A stretch of DNA of 64,000 bases from Hydrogenophaga sp. (GTDB lineage: Bacteria > Pseudomonadota > Gammaproteobacteria > Burkholderiales > Burkholderiaceae_C). The number at the start of each line of letters is the position of its first letter. Within the stretch, counting starts at the first letter, position 1. Shown here piece after piece: positions 17,737 through 27,337 of this stretch. The translations under genes and the position numbers were made by a program. The DNA is taken from NCBI RefSeq assembly GCF_019635465.1, contig NZ_JAHBZK010000016.1, forward strand, positions 14,500-78,499, written 5' to 3'. Below the pieces are notes generated by a model. The model was not told where the DNA came from and did no database searches. It was given only the letters and a program-made list of their open reading frames with translations.

Positions 17737-18492
17737 ATGAGAGGCGCTGCCATCACGCTCGAGGGCGTGTCCAAGACCTACGACAACGGGCTGCTGGCGC
17801 TGCAGGCGACCGACCTCGGCATCGATGCGGGCGAGTTCATCTCCATCGTCGGCCCGTCGGGTTGCGGCAAGTCGACGCTGCTGCGCATCGTGGCCGACCT
17901 GGTACAGCCCACGCAGGGGCAGTGCCTGCGACCCGGCGAGTTCGAGACCGGCTTCGTGTTCCAGGAGGCCGCGCTGCTGCCCTGGCGCACGGTGCAGAAG
18001 AACGCCGAGCTGTTGATGGAGCTGGAAGGCTATCGCGCCCCGGATTGCGCCGCGCGCGCCGCCGAAGCGCTGAAGCTGGTGGGGCTGGCCGGCTTCGAGA
18101 AGAGCTACCCGCACGAGCTGTCGGGCGGCATGCGCATGCGGCTGTCGCTGGCGCGCGCACTTGCGCTGCGGCCCGCCCTGTTGCTGCTCGACGAGCCACT
18201 GGCGGCCGTCGACGAGCTCACCCGCGACGTGTTGCAGGAAGAGCTGTCGGCGCTGTGGAAGGAGGCCGGCTTCACCGCCATGATGGTCACGCACAACGTG
18301 CACGAGGCGGTGTTCCTGTCCACCCGGGTGGTGGTCATGTCGGCCCGCCCGGGCCGGGTGCTGCGGGTCATCGACGTGCCGTTCGACTTTCCGCGCGCGC
18401 CCGAGCTGCGATCCTCGCCCGCCTTTGCGGCCCTCACCGGCGAGGTGACCGCCGCCCTGCGCCACCCGGTGGCCGAGCAGGTGAGCGCATGA
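17737..18492 (+). CDS. ABC transporter ATP-binding protein (TauB/SsuB-like)
   Basis: GPSGCGKST, LSGGM, LLLDEP, VTHN. Confidence 0.95.
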   Translation: MRGAAITLEGVSKTYDNGLLALQATDLGIDAGEFISIVGPSGCGKSTLLRIVADLVQPTQGQCLRPGEFETGFVFQEAALLPWRTVQKNAELLMELEGYRAPDCAARAAEALKLVGLAGFEKSYPHELSGGMRMRLSLARALALRPALLLLDEPLAAVDELTRDVLQEELSALWKEAGFTAMMVTHNVHEAVFLSTRVVVMSARPGRVLRVIDVPFDFPRAPELRSSPAFAALTGEVTAALRHPVAEQVSA

Positions 18493-19289
18493 GCACCCAG
18501 ACCGATTCGCGCTGGGCATCGGCGGTGGGCACGGTGGCGCCGGTGCTCGTGGTGGCGCTGCTGGCCCTGCTGGGCTGGTGGTTGCTGTCGGCCACGGTGT
18601 ACGCCGGGCGCGCCTACCTGTTGCCCGGTCCGGGTGCGGTGGCGGCGGCGGTGCGCGAGAACGCCCCCGCCCTGGTGGTGGCCTCGCTCATCACGCTGCG
18701 CGAAGCCAGCCTGGGCTACCTGGGGGCCATCGTCATCGGCGTGCTGCTGGCCGCACTGATGAGCCAGTCGCGCCTGATCGAACGCAGCCTGTACCCCTAC
18801 GCCGTGCTGCTGCAGACGGTGCCGGTGGTGTCGGTGGCGCCGCTGATCGTGCTCTGGTTTGGCTATAACGAGAGTTCGGTGGTCGTCATCAGCTTCGTCA
18901 TGGCGCTGTTTCCCATCATCAACAACACCTTGCTGGGTCTGAACTCGACCTCGCGCACCCTGGTGGAGTTGTTCGCGCTGCACAACCGCAGCCGCGTGGT
19001 GGCGTTCTGGAAACTGCGCCTGCCCAGCGCCTTGCCCAGCATCTTTGCCGGCCTGCGCATTTCGGCCGGGTTGTCGGTGATCGGCGCCATCGTGGGCGAG
19101 TTCATCATCGGCTCGGGCAACTCGCAGGGCGGGCTCGGGGTGCAGATCGTGTTTGCACAGGGCCGCATGTACACCGCACTGCTGTTCGGCGCGGTGATCG
19201 CAGCCACCCTGCTCGGCTTCATGTTCTTCCTGCTGGTCAGCGTTGTCGGGCGCCGCCTGCTGCGCCACTGGCACGAGTCGGCGCGCTGA
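18489..19289 (+). CDS. ABC transporter permease (TauC/SsuC-like)
   Basis: Multiple transmembrane segments; KLRLPSALPSIFAGLRIS, GAIVGEF. Confidence 0.92.
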   Translation: MSTQTDSRWASAVGTVAPVLVVALLALLGWWLLSATVYAGRAYLLPGPGAVAAAVRENAPALVVASLITLREASLGYLGAIVIGVLLAALMSQSRLIERSLYPYAVLLQTVPVVSVAPLIVLWFGYNESSVVVISFVMALFPIINNTLLGLNSTSRTLVELFALHNRSRVVAFWKLRLPSALPSIFAGLRISAGLSVIGAIVGEFIIGSGNSQGGLGVQIVFAQGRMYTALLFGAVIAATLLGFMFFLLVSVVGRRLLRHWHESAR

Positions 19290-19291
19290 CC

Positions 19292-20146
19292 ATGGGTGCC
19301 GCCGCCGCCTACCTGCACATCCGGCCGGTGCCTCAGTTGCCGGGCTTCGCGGCGCGCGTCGACGGCCTGGACTTTTCCGCGCCACTGTCGGCCGAGGTCA
19401 AGGCCGAGCTGCACCGCGCGCTCAACCAGTTCGGCCTGCTGACCATCGAGCCGCACACGCTCACCCCCGCTCAGCACATCGACCTGGCGAGCGCCTTTGG
19501 CGACATCGCCCCAGGCGCCTTCTTTCCGCGCCTGCCTGGCCACGACGAGGTCGAGGTGATCCGCAGCGACCGTGAGCACCCGCCCGAACTCAACGTCTGG
19601 CATAGCGACGTCACGTGGCGACGCGATTTCCCCACCGGCACCGTGATCCAGTTGATCGAGCTGCCCGAGAGCGGCGGCAACACCGCCTGGGCCTGCGGGC
19701 GCAAGGCGTTCCAGGCCCTGTCCGAGGGCATGAAGACCTACCTTCGTGGCCTGCACGCCACCCACAGCTGGACCGGCAGCCTGGTCGAGGACGCGCTGCG
19801 GGCCAGCGGCGAAGAGGCCATGGTCAACGCGGTGCGCCGCTTTCAGCCGGTGTCGCACCCGCTGGTGCGCCGCCACCCCGAAACCGGCGATGAGGTGCTG
19901 TTCGCCAACGAGGCCTTCACCCGCCGCATCGACGGCGTGCCCATGCGCGAAAGCCGCGCGATGCTCGAATTTCTGCGCGAGTGGATGGTCCAGCCCGAGT
20001 TCGTGTACTCGCACCGCTGGCGCGCCGGCGCCCTGGCCGTGTGGGACAACCGCTCGACCCAGCACCACGCCGCGGCAGACTACTGGCCGCAGACGCGGCT
20101 GTTGCACCGGGTGACCTTTCGCTCGCAGGCCGAATCGGCGGCGTGA
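19292..20146 (+). CDS. TauD/TfdA-family 2-oxoglutarate-dependent dioxygenase
   Basis: WHSDVTW (HxD), HPLVRRHPETG, VWDNRSTQH, R.LHRVT. Confidence 0.92.
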   Translation: MGAAAAYLHIRPVPQLPGFAARVDGLDFSAPLSAEVKAELHRALNQFGLLTIEPHTLTPAQHIDLASAFGDIAPGAFFPRLPGHDEVEVIRSDREHPPELNVWHSDVTWRRDFPTGTVIQLIELPESGGNTAWACGRKAFQALSEGMKTYLRGLHATHSWTGSLVEDALRASGEEAMVNAVRRFQPVSHPLVRRHPETGDEVLFANEAFTRRIDGVPMRESRAMLEFLREWMVQPEFVYSHRWRAGALAVWDNRSTQHHAAADYWPQTRLLHRVTFRSQAESAA

Positions 20147-20188
20147 GCCGGATCGGGGCTCGACGCCTGGGGATTCAAGTGTTCTTAC

Positions 20189-20215
20189 AAAAGTTATCGA
20201 ACGAAGATAACTTTT
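20189..20215. promoter_or_regulatory. Perfect inverted repeat AAAAGTTATC-N7-GATAACTTTT, probable operator
   Basis: 10-bp arms in an AT-rich spacer; a -10-like TAGAAT follows at 20226-20231, then ATG 20240. Confidence 0.6.
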
Positions 20216-20239
20216 CAAATTTCGCTAGAATCGCGACCG

Positions 20240-21427
20240 ATGAACCCGGTCAGAAACCCCTTCGCCCCTGGCGCCGGCACGCCGCCGCCCGAGCTGGCGG
20301 GCCGCGATGCGCTGCTCGAAACCCTGCAGGTGGCGCTGCAGCGCACCCGCATCGGCCGCCCCGCGCGCAGCGCCATGCTGGTGGGCCTGCGCGGCGCCGG
20401 CAAGACGGTGCTGCTCGACCGCGCGCGCGACGACGCCGAGGCCATGGGCATCCACACCATCCGGCTCGAAGCGCCCGAGGGCCGCTCACTGCCGGCCATG
20501 CTGGCGCCCCAATTGCGCCAGGCGCTGCTGCGGCTGAGCCAGCTCGAAGCCGCCAAGGACTACGCAGTGCGCGGCCTGCGGGCGCTGGCCGGCTTTGCCA
20601 GCAAGCTCAAGCTCACCTTCAAGGACATCGAGGTCGGCATCGACTACGAGGCCGAGCCCGGCCTGGCCGACAACGGCGACCTCGAACACGACCTGCAGGC
20701 CCTGATGGAGCAGGCGGGCCTGGCCGCCAAGGCCGGCAACACCGCGCTGGCGCTGTTCATCGATGAGCTGCAGTACGTCGAGGAACACCAGCTCGCCGCC
20801 CTGATCACGGCGCTGCACCGCATGGCGCAGCGCCAGCTGCCGGTGGTGCTGGTGGGCGCGGGCCTGCCGCAGTTGCGCGGCCAGCTGGGCAACGCCAAGT
20901 CCTACGCCGAGCGCTTGTTCGAGTTCACCGAGATCGGCCCCTTGCCGCCCGAGGCCGCGGCCCAGGCGATCGAGAAGCCCTTGCTCGACGAGGGCGTGAC
21001 GATCACCCCCGCCGCGCTGGCCGAGATCGGCCGCGTGAGTCAGGGCTACGCCTACTTCCTGCAGACATGGGGCAGCCACACCTGGCTCGCGGCCGAAGGC
21101 AGCCCGATCGACACCGACGCCGTGGCGCGCGCCGGCATCACCGCCATCGCCGCCCTCGACGAGGGCTTTTTCCGTGTGCGCTTTGACCGCTGCACGCCCA
21201 AGGAAAAGAAGTACCTGCGCGCCATGGCCGAGCTGGGCGACGGGCCCCACCGATCGGGCGACGTGGCCGACGTGCTGGGCGAAAAGGTATCGTCTCTGGC
21301 CCCCACCCGCGCCACGCTCATTGGCAAGGGCATGGTCTGGAGCCCCACCCACGGCGACACGGCCTTCACCGTGCCGATGTTCGCCGCCTTCATGCAACGC
21401 ATCATGCCGGGCCAGGACTGGCGCTGA
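20240..21427 (+). CDS. AAA/P-loop ATPase (AAA_16/archaeal-ATPase type) with C-terminal winged-helix-like region
   Basis: [23 protein letters not shown] (Walker A), LFIDELQ (Walker B), SQGYAYFLQ; C-terminus [16 protein letters not shown]...FTVPMF. Confidence 0.85.
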   Translation: MNPVRNPFAPGAGTPPPELAGRDALLETLQVALQRTRIGRPARSAMLVGLRGAGKTVLLDRARDDAEAMGIHTIRLEAPEGRSLPAMLAPQLRQALLRLSQLEAAKDYAVRGLRALAGFASKLKLTFKDIEVGIDYEAEPGLADNGDLEHDLQALMEQAGLAAKAGNTALALFIDELQYVEEHQLAALITALHRMAQRQLPVVLVGAGLPQLRGQLGNAKSYAERLFEFTEIGPLPPEAAAQAIEKPLLDEGVTITPAALAEIGRVSQGYAYFLQTWGSHTWLAAEGSPIDTDAVARAGITAIAALDEGFFRVRFDRCTPKEKKYLRAMAELGDGPHRSGDVADVLGEKVSSLAPTRATLIGKGMVWSPTHGDTAFTVPMFAAFMQRIMPGQDWR

Positions 21428-21432
21428 ACACC

Positions 21433-22356
21433 ATGGACATCGAACGCGAAAACCACAAGCTCGAGAAGCGGCTGTGCCGCGAGGTCGGGCGCGCGATCAC
21501 CGATCACAACATGATCGAAGAAGGCGACCGCGTGATGGTCTGCCTCTCTGGCGGCAAGGACAGCTACGGCATGCTCGACATCCTGCTCAAGCTGCAGGCG
21601 CGCGCGCCGGTGAACTTCGAGCTGATCGCCGTCAACCTCGACCAGAAACAGCCCGGCTTTCCCGAGCACGTGCTGCCGGAGTACCTGACAAAGCTCGGCG
21701 TGAAGTTCCACATCGAGAACCAGGACACCTATTCCATCGTCAAGCGCGTCATCCCTGAAGGCAAGACGCTGTGCAGCCTGTGCAGCCGCCTGCGCCGCGG
21801 CATCCTGTACCGCGTGGCCAGCGAACTGGGCGCAACCAAGATCGCCCTGGGCCACCACCGCGACGACATCCTGCAGACGCTGCTGCTCAACATGTTCTTC
21901 GGCGCCAAGCTCAAGGGCATGCCGGCCAAGCTGGTGAGCGACGACGGCCGCCACGTGGTGATCCGGCCCATGGCCTACGTGCCCGAGAAGGACCTCAGCC
22001 GCTGGGCCGAGGTGCGCCAGTTCCCCATCATTCCGTGCACGCTCTGCGGCAGTCAGGAGAACCTGCAACGCAAGCAGGTCGGCAACCTGCTGCGCGAGTG
22101 GGAGCAGAAGTTTCCGGGCCGCGTCGAGAACATGTTCAGCGCGTTGCAGAACGTGGTGCCCAGCCACCTGATGGACCGCTCGCTGTTCCCGTTCGAGACC
22201 CTGCGGGCCACCGGCGTGCCCGATGCCGACGGCGACAAGGCCTTCGACGACGAGCCCTTCACGGCTGCGACGCCCACCGCCGCGCCCCGGGCCGATGCCG
22301 ACGGCGGGAACCCCGCGCCGACGCGCACGGTCATACCGATCGCCGCCGATCTCTGA
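21433..22356 (+). CDS. ttcA: tRNA 2-thiocytidine(32) synthetase
   Basis: SGGKDS PP-loop, [26 protein letters not shown]. Confidence 0.96.
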   Translation: MDIERENHKLEKRLCREVGRAITDHNMIEEGDRVMVCLSGGKDSYGMLDILLKLQARAPVNFELIAVNLDQKQPGFPEHVLPEYLTKLGVKFHIENQDTYSIVKRVIPEGKTLCSLCSRLRRGILYRVASELGATKIALGHHRDDILQTLLLNMFFGAKLKGMPAKLVSDDGRHVVIRPMAYVPEKDLSRWAEVRQFPIIPCTLCGSQENLQRKQVGNLLREWEQKFPGRVENMFSALQNVVPSHLMDRSLFPFETLRATGVPDADGDKAFDDEPFTAATPTAAPRADADGGNPAPTRTVIPIAADL

Positions 22357-22364
22357 CCCGCAAC

Positions 22365-23021
22365 ATGCAACGCGTTCGCCGCTTCACCTGGCTTGCCGCA
22401 CTCACCAGCGTGCTGCTGGGTGGCTGTGCGTCGGTGATCAAGGTGGACAACCAGGTGCAGAGCTTTGCGCGCTGGCAAGCCGCCTCCCCAGCCAATGCGG
22501 CGCCTGCCGTGCCTGCGCCGCCGCAGGTCTTCCGCTTCGAGCGCCTGCCCTCGCAGCAGAACCTTGGCCAGCAGGACGAACTGGAAAAGCTCACCGAGGC
22601 GGCGTTGGGTCGCAAAGGCTGGAGCCGCGCGGCCGACGGTGTGTCAGCGCCCTGGCTGGTGCAGGTCAACGCCAGCACCGTGCGCCTGCCGCGCGCGCCC
22701 TGGGAGGACCCCTACGACGCGTGGGGGCCGTTCGGCTACCCGTATGCCCTGCCCGGGCGCGACTACGTGGTGACCGGCACCGGCCAGGTGATGTTCTTCC
22801 CGGCCTTCCCGCGCTTTGAGACGCCGTACTACCAGCGCGCAGTGGCGCTGCTGGTGCGCGAGGCCGCCAGCGGCCGTGTGGTGTACGAGACGCGGGCCGC
22901 ACACGATGGCCGCTGGAACAGCACGCCGTCGCTGTGGACGGCCATGCTCGATGCCGCACTGAACGGGTTCCCGTCCCCGCCAGCGGGCAACCGACAGGTC
23001 GACATCGACATCGCGCGCTGA
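22365..23021 (+). CDS. DUF4136-like lipoprotein
   Basis: Lipobox LLGGC; FRFERLPSQ, VVYETRA, AALNGFP. Confidence 0.75.
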   Translation: MQRVRRFTWLAALTSVLLGGCASVIKVDNQVQSFARWQAASPANAAPAVPAPPQVFRFERLPSQQNLGQQDELEKLTEAALGRKGWSRAADGVSAPWLVQVNASTVRLPRAPWEDPYDAWGPFGYPYALPGRDYVVTGTGQVMFFPAFPRFETPYYQRAVALLVREAASGRVVYETRAAHDGRWNSTPSLWTAMLDAALNGFPSPPAGNRQVDIDIAR

Positions 23022-23068
23022 GGAGCGGAGCGGCCGAGGCGCTGAAGCGCTGTCCCGGGTCGATGCCG

Positions 23069-25432
23069 TCAATCCGCCACGGGTGACGGATCGCTCTCGA
23101 TCAGTTGGCGAATGGTTCGCCCCATTGCATCCATGCTGTCCTGCTTGGCCAGCACCTCGTGCACCCCCTCACGCCGGGCCTCGTCCAGCAAGGCATCGCT
23201 GACATGGCCCGAGACGATTGCGACCCGCAGATCCGGGCGCAGCTGGCGCGCCTCGCGCGCCACGTCGACGCCGGACATGCCAGGCATGTTCTGGTCGGTG
23301 ACCACCAGATCCACCGGATCGTCGGGGTAACGCCGCAGCCAGTCGATGGCCGCCTCGCCCGACTCGAAGGTGCTGACGCGGTAGCCCTGCTTGCGCAGCA
23401 GGCGGCCCACCAGGAACACGAGCGCCTCGTAGTCGTCGACGTACACGATGTGCCGCCCCGCGGGCGCCGTCTCGGCCACCGCTGGCGGCGCCACCTCCAC
23501 CAGGGGTGCCTGGGACACCGACGCGCCCAGCGGCAGGTAGACGTCGAAGCGTGTGCCCGCACCGAGCCGGCTGTCGATGCCGATGGCCCCGTGGTGCGCC
23601 TTGACGATGCCGTGCACCACCGCCAGCCCAAGCCCGGTGCCCGCGCCCGGGGCCTTGGTGGTGAAGAAGGGCTCGAACACCCGGCGGAGGGTCTGCTCGT
23701 CCATGCCGGGGCCGTTGTCGGCCACGCTCAGCCGCGCGTATGCCCCTGGATCGATGGCGCCCAGTTGAAGCGCCTGCGCCGCGTCCAGCTCGACGGGTTC
23801 CAGGGCCACAGTGACTTCACCGCCACGGCGTCCCATGGCCTGCCAGGCGTTGGTGCACAGGTTCATCAGCACCTGCTGCATCTGCGTGCCATCCACCACC
23901 GCCGGCAGCGGCACATCGGTGAGGCGGCTCACCAGTTGCACGCCAGCGGGCAGCAGCGAGCGCATCAGGCCCAGCGCCTCCTGTACCAGTGGCAGCAGAT
24001 CCTGTTGCTCCATGAGCTGCGGTCCTCGCCGGCTGAAGGTGAGGATCTGCTGCACCAGCTGCCGTGCCCGGATGGCGGCACGGTTGATCTCCTTGAGGCT
24101 CTCCTGCGCCGGATGCTCCGGTCCGACGTCCTCGCGCGCCAGCACCAGGTTGCCCAGGATGGCCGCCAGCAGGTTGTTGAAGTCGTGGGCCACGCCACCG
24201 GCCAGCGTACCGATGGCCTCCATTTTCTGGCTCTCGCGCAGCTGGGTTTCCAATGCGCGCTGCTGCTCTTCGGCGGCCTTGGCTTCGGTGACATCGGTGT
24301 GCGTACCCACCATGCGCGTGGGCTGACCATGGGCGTCGCGCTCGATGATGGCGCCGCGGGTGAGCACCCAGATCCAGCGACCGTCGCGTGAGCGAACCCG
24401 GTGCTCGTTGCGGTAGGCGCGCGTGCGACCTTCAAAGTGCGCCACCCGCGCGGCCATCATGGCCGGCACATCGTCGGGGTGGGTGCGCGAATCGAGGTCG
24501 CGCATGCTGCCTTTGAGTTCGTCGCGGGTGAAGCCGTACATGGCGATCAGGCCGTCCGACAGGTACTCCTCGCCGGTGGCGATGTTCCAGTCCCAGACAC
24601 CATCGCCCGCACTACCCAGCGCGGCCTTCCAGAGCTCTTCGCTGCGCCGCAAGGCTTCTTCGGTGCGTCTGCGGTCGGTGATGTCGAACAGCACCCCCAC
24701 ACGTTGAATGCCACGCTCGTTGCGAAGAACCTCGCATGAGCGCCGATGCACCCACTTGACCTCGCCATCGGGGGTGACGATCCGGAACTCGCTCATCAGC
24801 GCTTCACGGCCATCGATGACCGATTGGGTCTCGCCAGCGAACTGTTCAAGTTCATCCGGGTGGCGCAGCCGGGGCAGCAGCATGGGGTCGCGCAGAACCT
24901 CTTCGCGATCCACGCCGTACAGGTCTTTGACGCCCGAGTTGAGGAACAGGTAGTGCCGGCTGCCGTCCCAGCCCACCAGCACCGAATACACCACGCCCGG
25001 AATCTGGTCGGCCAGCGCCACCAGACGCTGCTGCTGCTCGCGGGCGTCGCGCTCCCGAAGGACCCGCTCGGTGACGTCCTCGACCGTGCCTTCGTAATAG
25101 AGCACCCGACCGTCTTCGCCGCGCACCGCGTGCGCGTTCTCGTTCACCCAGGCGCGCTCCCGGGTGTGGTGGCGGTAGACCTCGGAGACAAAGGCGCACA
25201 CCTGCCCGTCGGTTTCCAGGGCCGAGCGGAACGCATCGCGTCGCGCGGGGTCGACGTACCACTCGTTGGCGACGTCGCGCACATTGGCCAGCAGATCGGC
25301 TTCACTGGCGTAGCCGTTGAACTTCACCAGCGCGTCGTTGGCGCGCAGCATGTGCCCATCGGGCGCACTGCGGTAGGCACCGATCGGCAGGAAGCTGAAC
25401 AGCGTCGAGAAGTCGCCATCGGATGCACCCAT
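23069..25432 (-). CDS. PAS-domain hybrid sensor histidine kinase/response regulator
   Basis: Three PAS/PAC-like regions, GGVAHDFNNLL H-box, NLCTNA, FEPFFTTK, GTGLGL, C-terminal receiver (YVDD, TDQNMPGMSG). Confidence 0.92.
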   Translation of the reverse strand: MGASDGDFSTLFSFLPIGAYRSAPDGHMLRANDALVKFNGYASEADLLANVRDVANEWYVDPARRDAFRSALETDGQVCAFVSEVYRHHTRERAWVNENAHAVRGEDGRVLYYEGTVEDVTERVLRERDAREQQQRLVALADQIPGVVYSVLVGWDGSRHYLFLNSGVKDLYGVDREEVLRDPMLLPRLRHPDELEQFAGETQSVIDGREALMSEFRIVTPDGEVKWVHRRSCEVLRNERGIQRVGVLFDITDRRRTEEALRRSEELWKAALGSAGDGVWDWNIATGEEYLSDGLIAMYGFTRDELKGSMRDLDSRTHPDDVPAMMAARVAHFEGRTRAYRNEHRVRSRDGRWIWVLTRGAIIERDAHGQPTRMVGTHTDVTEAKAAEEQQRALETQLRESQKMEAIGTLAGGVAHDFNNLLAAILGNLVLAREDVGPEHPAQESLKEINRAAIRARQLVQQILTFSRRGPQLMEQQDLLPLVQEALGLMRSLLPAGVQLVSRLTDVPLPAVVDGTQMQQVLMNLCTNAWQAMGRRGGEVTVALEPVELDAAQALQLGAIDPGAYARLSVADNGPGMDEQTLRRVFEPFFTTKAPGAGTGLGLAVVHGIVKAHHGAIGIDSRLGAGTRFDVYLPLGASVSQAPLVEVAPPAVAETAPAGRHIVYVDDYEALVFLVGRLLRKQGYRVSTFESGEAAIDWLRRYPDDPVDLVVTDQNMPGMSGVDVAREARQLRPDLRVAIVSGHVSDALLDEARREGVHEVLAKQDSMDAMGRTIRQLIESDPSPVAD

Positions 25433-25492
25433 GACCGCGATTGTGTCGCAAGGGCCGCTACATTTGAGCGTCTCCGAAACCCTGAGCCGAGC

Positions 25493-26143
25493 GTGCAAGT
25501 CACCCGCATCCTGGCCGTGCGCCACGGTGAAACCACCTGGAACCGCGACACGCGCATCCAGGGCCACACCGACATCGACCTCAATGACCACGGCCGTTGG
25601 CAGGCGTCGCGGCTGGGCCAGGCGCTGCGCGACGAGAGCGTGGCCGCCATTTACAGCAGCGATTTGCGGCGCGCACGCGACACGGCCCAGGCGGTGGCCG
25701 ACCACCACAGCCTGCCCGTGCACGCCGAGATCGGCCTGCGCGAGCGCGGTTTTGGCCGCTTCGAGGGCCACACCTGGGACGAACTTGAACTGCGCTACCC
25801 CGCCGAAACTCTGGCCTGGCGCAAGCGCATGCCCGACTTTGCCCCGCCCGGCGGCGAAACCCTGCTGCAGTTGCGCGAGCGGGTGGTGGCCACGGTGATC
25901 GGCCTGGCCGAGCGCCACCTGGGCGAACAGATCCTGGTGGTGGCGCACGGCGGCGTGCTCGACGTGCTGTACCGCGCCGCCACACGACTGGAGCTGCAGG
26001 CGCCGCGCACCTGGCAACTGGCCAACACCGGCGTCAACCGCTTGCTCTGGTCGCCCGAGGGTCTGGCCCTGGTGGGCTGGGGCGATGTGCGCCACCTGCA
26101 GGTGGGCGACGACGAGGACGTGCTCGATGAGCGCAGCGCCTGA
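25493..26143 (+). CDS. Histidine phosphatase family protein (GpmB/CobC-like)
   Basis: RHGETTWN, SSDLRRA, LRERGFG, VAHGG; GTG start. Confidence 0.9.
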   Translation: MQVTRILAVRHGETTWNRDTRIQGHTDIDLNDHGRWQASRLGQALRDESVAAIYSSDLRRARDTAQAVADHHSLPVHAEIGLRERGFGRFEGHTWDELELRYPAETLAWRKRMPDFAPPGGETLLQLRERVVATVIGLAERHLGEQILVVAHGGVLDVLYRAATRLELQAPRTWQLANTGVNRLLWSPEGLALVGWGDVRHLQVGDDEDVLDERSA

Positions 26144-27287
26144 GATCGCCGTTCCCGATCGCTTCGCCGGCCTGATCGGTCAGGCGGTGGCCGCCATCGA
26201 CACACCCGCCCTGGTGATCGACCTCGACGCCATGGACCGCAACCTGCACCGCATGGCCGATTTCTGTCTTGCCCGCGGGATGCGGCTACGCCCGCACGCC
26301 AAGATGCACAAATGCGCCGAGCTGGCCCTGCTGCAGATGGCACACGGCGCGGTCGGTGTGTGTGTGCAGAAGATCGGCGAAGCGCTGGCGCTGGCGTCCA
26401 AAGGGGTGGGCGACATCTACGTCAGCAACGAAGTGGTCGACCCCCGCAAGCTGGCCCGGCTGGCCACTGCCGTGCGCACGGGCGGCACCCGCTTTGCCAT
26501 CGCGGTCGACAGCCTGGTCGGCATTCAACACTTGGCGCAGGCGCTGGCACACGCCGGCGTGAGCGCGCCCGGAGCGATCGACGTGTTCGTGGAAATCGAT
26601 GTCGGGCACGGGCGCTGCGGCATGGCGCCCGGCGTGCCGGCCGGCGAGCTGGCCCGGACTGTTGTGGCCCAGCCGGTGCTGCGCTTTGCCGGCCTGCAGG
26701 CCTACCACGGCGCGGCCCAGCACTATCGCTCCGCGGACGAGCGTCGCGCCACCGTCGCGGCGGCAACGCAGGCGGTACGGGCCACGTGCGACGCGATCGA
26801 AGCAATGGGCATCGCGGTGCCCCTGGTCACGGGCGCGGGCACCGGCACCTTCATTCACGAAGCCGCCAGTGGCGTGTGGGGCGAACTGCAGGCGGGCTCC
26901 TACCTGTTCATGGACGCCGACTACGCGGCCAACCAGGCCGATCCCGCGGCACCGGCGTTCGAGCACGCCTTGTTCGTCAAGTCGCAGGTGATGAGCCGCC
27001 CGCAAGGCCGTGCTGTGGTGGATGCCGGCCACAAGAGCCACGCCATCGACAGCGGCCTGCCGCGCGTGTGGCTGCCCCAGGGCCTGGACTTTGCCAACGG
27101 CGGCGATGAGCACGGCGTGCTGCGCGGCGCCCACCTGCCCGAACTGGGCGAAACCGTGTGGCTGGTGCCCGGGCACTGCGACCCGACCGTCAACCTGCAC
27201 GACGTGATGGTGGGCGTGCGCGGTGGCCTGATTGCCGGCCGTGTCGAGCGGCTGCTGCCGGTGGACGCTCGCGGCGCTCTGGGTTGA
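26127..27287 (+). CDS. DSD1-family PLP-dependent enzyme (D-threonine aldolase / 3-hydroxy-D-aspartate aldolase-like)
   Basis: DTPAL, LRPHAKMHK, GLQAYHG, ELQAGSY.FMD, DEHG, PGHCDPTVNLHD. Confidence 0.88.
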   Translation: MSAAPEIAVPDRFAGLIGQAVAAIDTPALVIDLDAMDRNLHRMADFCLARGMRLRPHAKMHKCAELALLQMAHGAVGVCVQKIGEALALASKGVGDIYVSNEVVDPRKLARLATAVRTGGTRFAIAVDSLVGIQHLAQALAHAGVSAPGAIDVFVEIDVGHGRCGMAPGVPAGELARTVVAQPVLRFAGLQAYHGAAQHYRSADERRATVAAATQAVRATCDAIEAMGIAVPLVTGAGTGTFIHEAASGVWGELQAGSYLFMDADYAANQADPAAPAFEHALFVKSQVMSRPQGRAVVDAGHKSHAIDSGLPRVWLPQGLDFANGGDEHGVLRGAHLPELGETVWLVPGHCDPTVNLHDVMVGVRGGLIAGRVERLLPVDARGALG

Positions 27288-27337
27288 ACTGAGCCAGGCC
27301 GGAGCCGACGGCGGCCTGACACCCACACCGGGCGTTA

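Noticed and set aside
23069-26095. 1008-aa version of the hybrid kinase
   Set aside because: The first ~220 aa are antisense to the histidine phosphatase gene; the PAS region starts near 25432.
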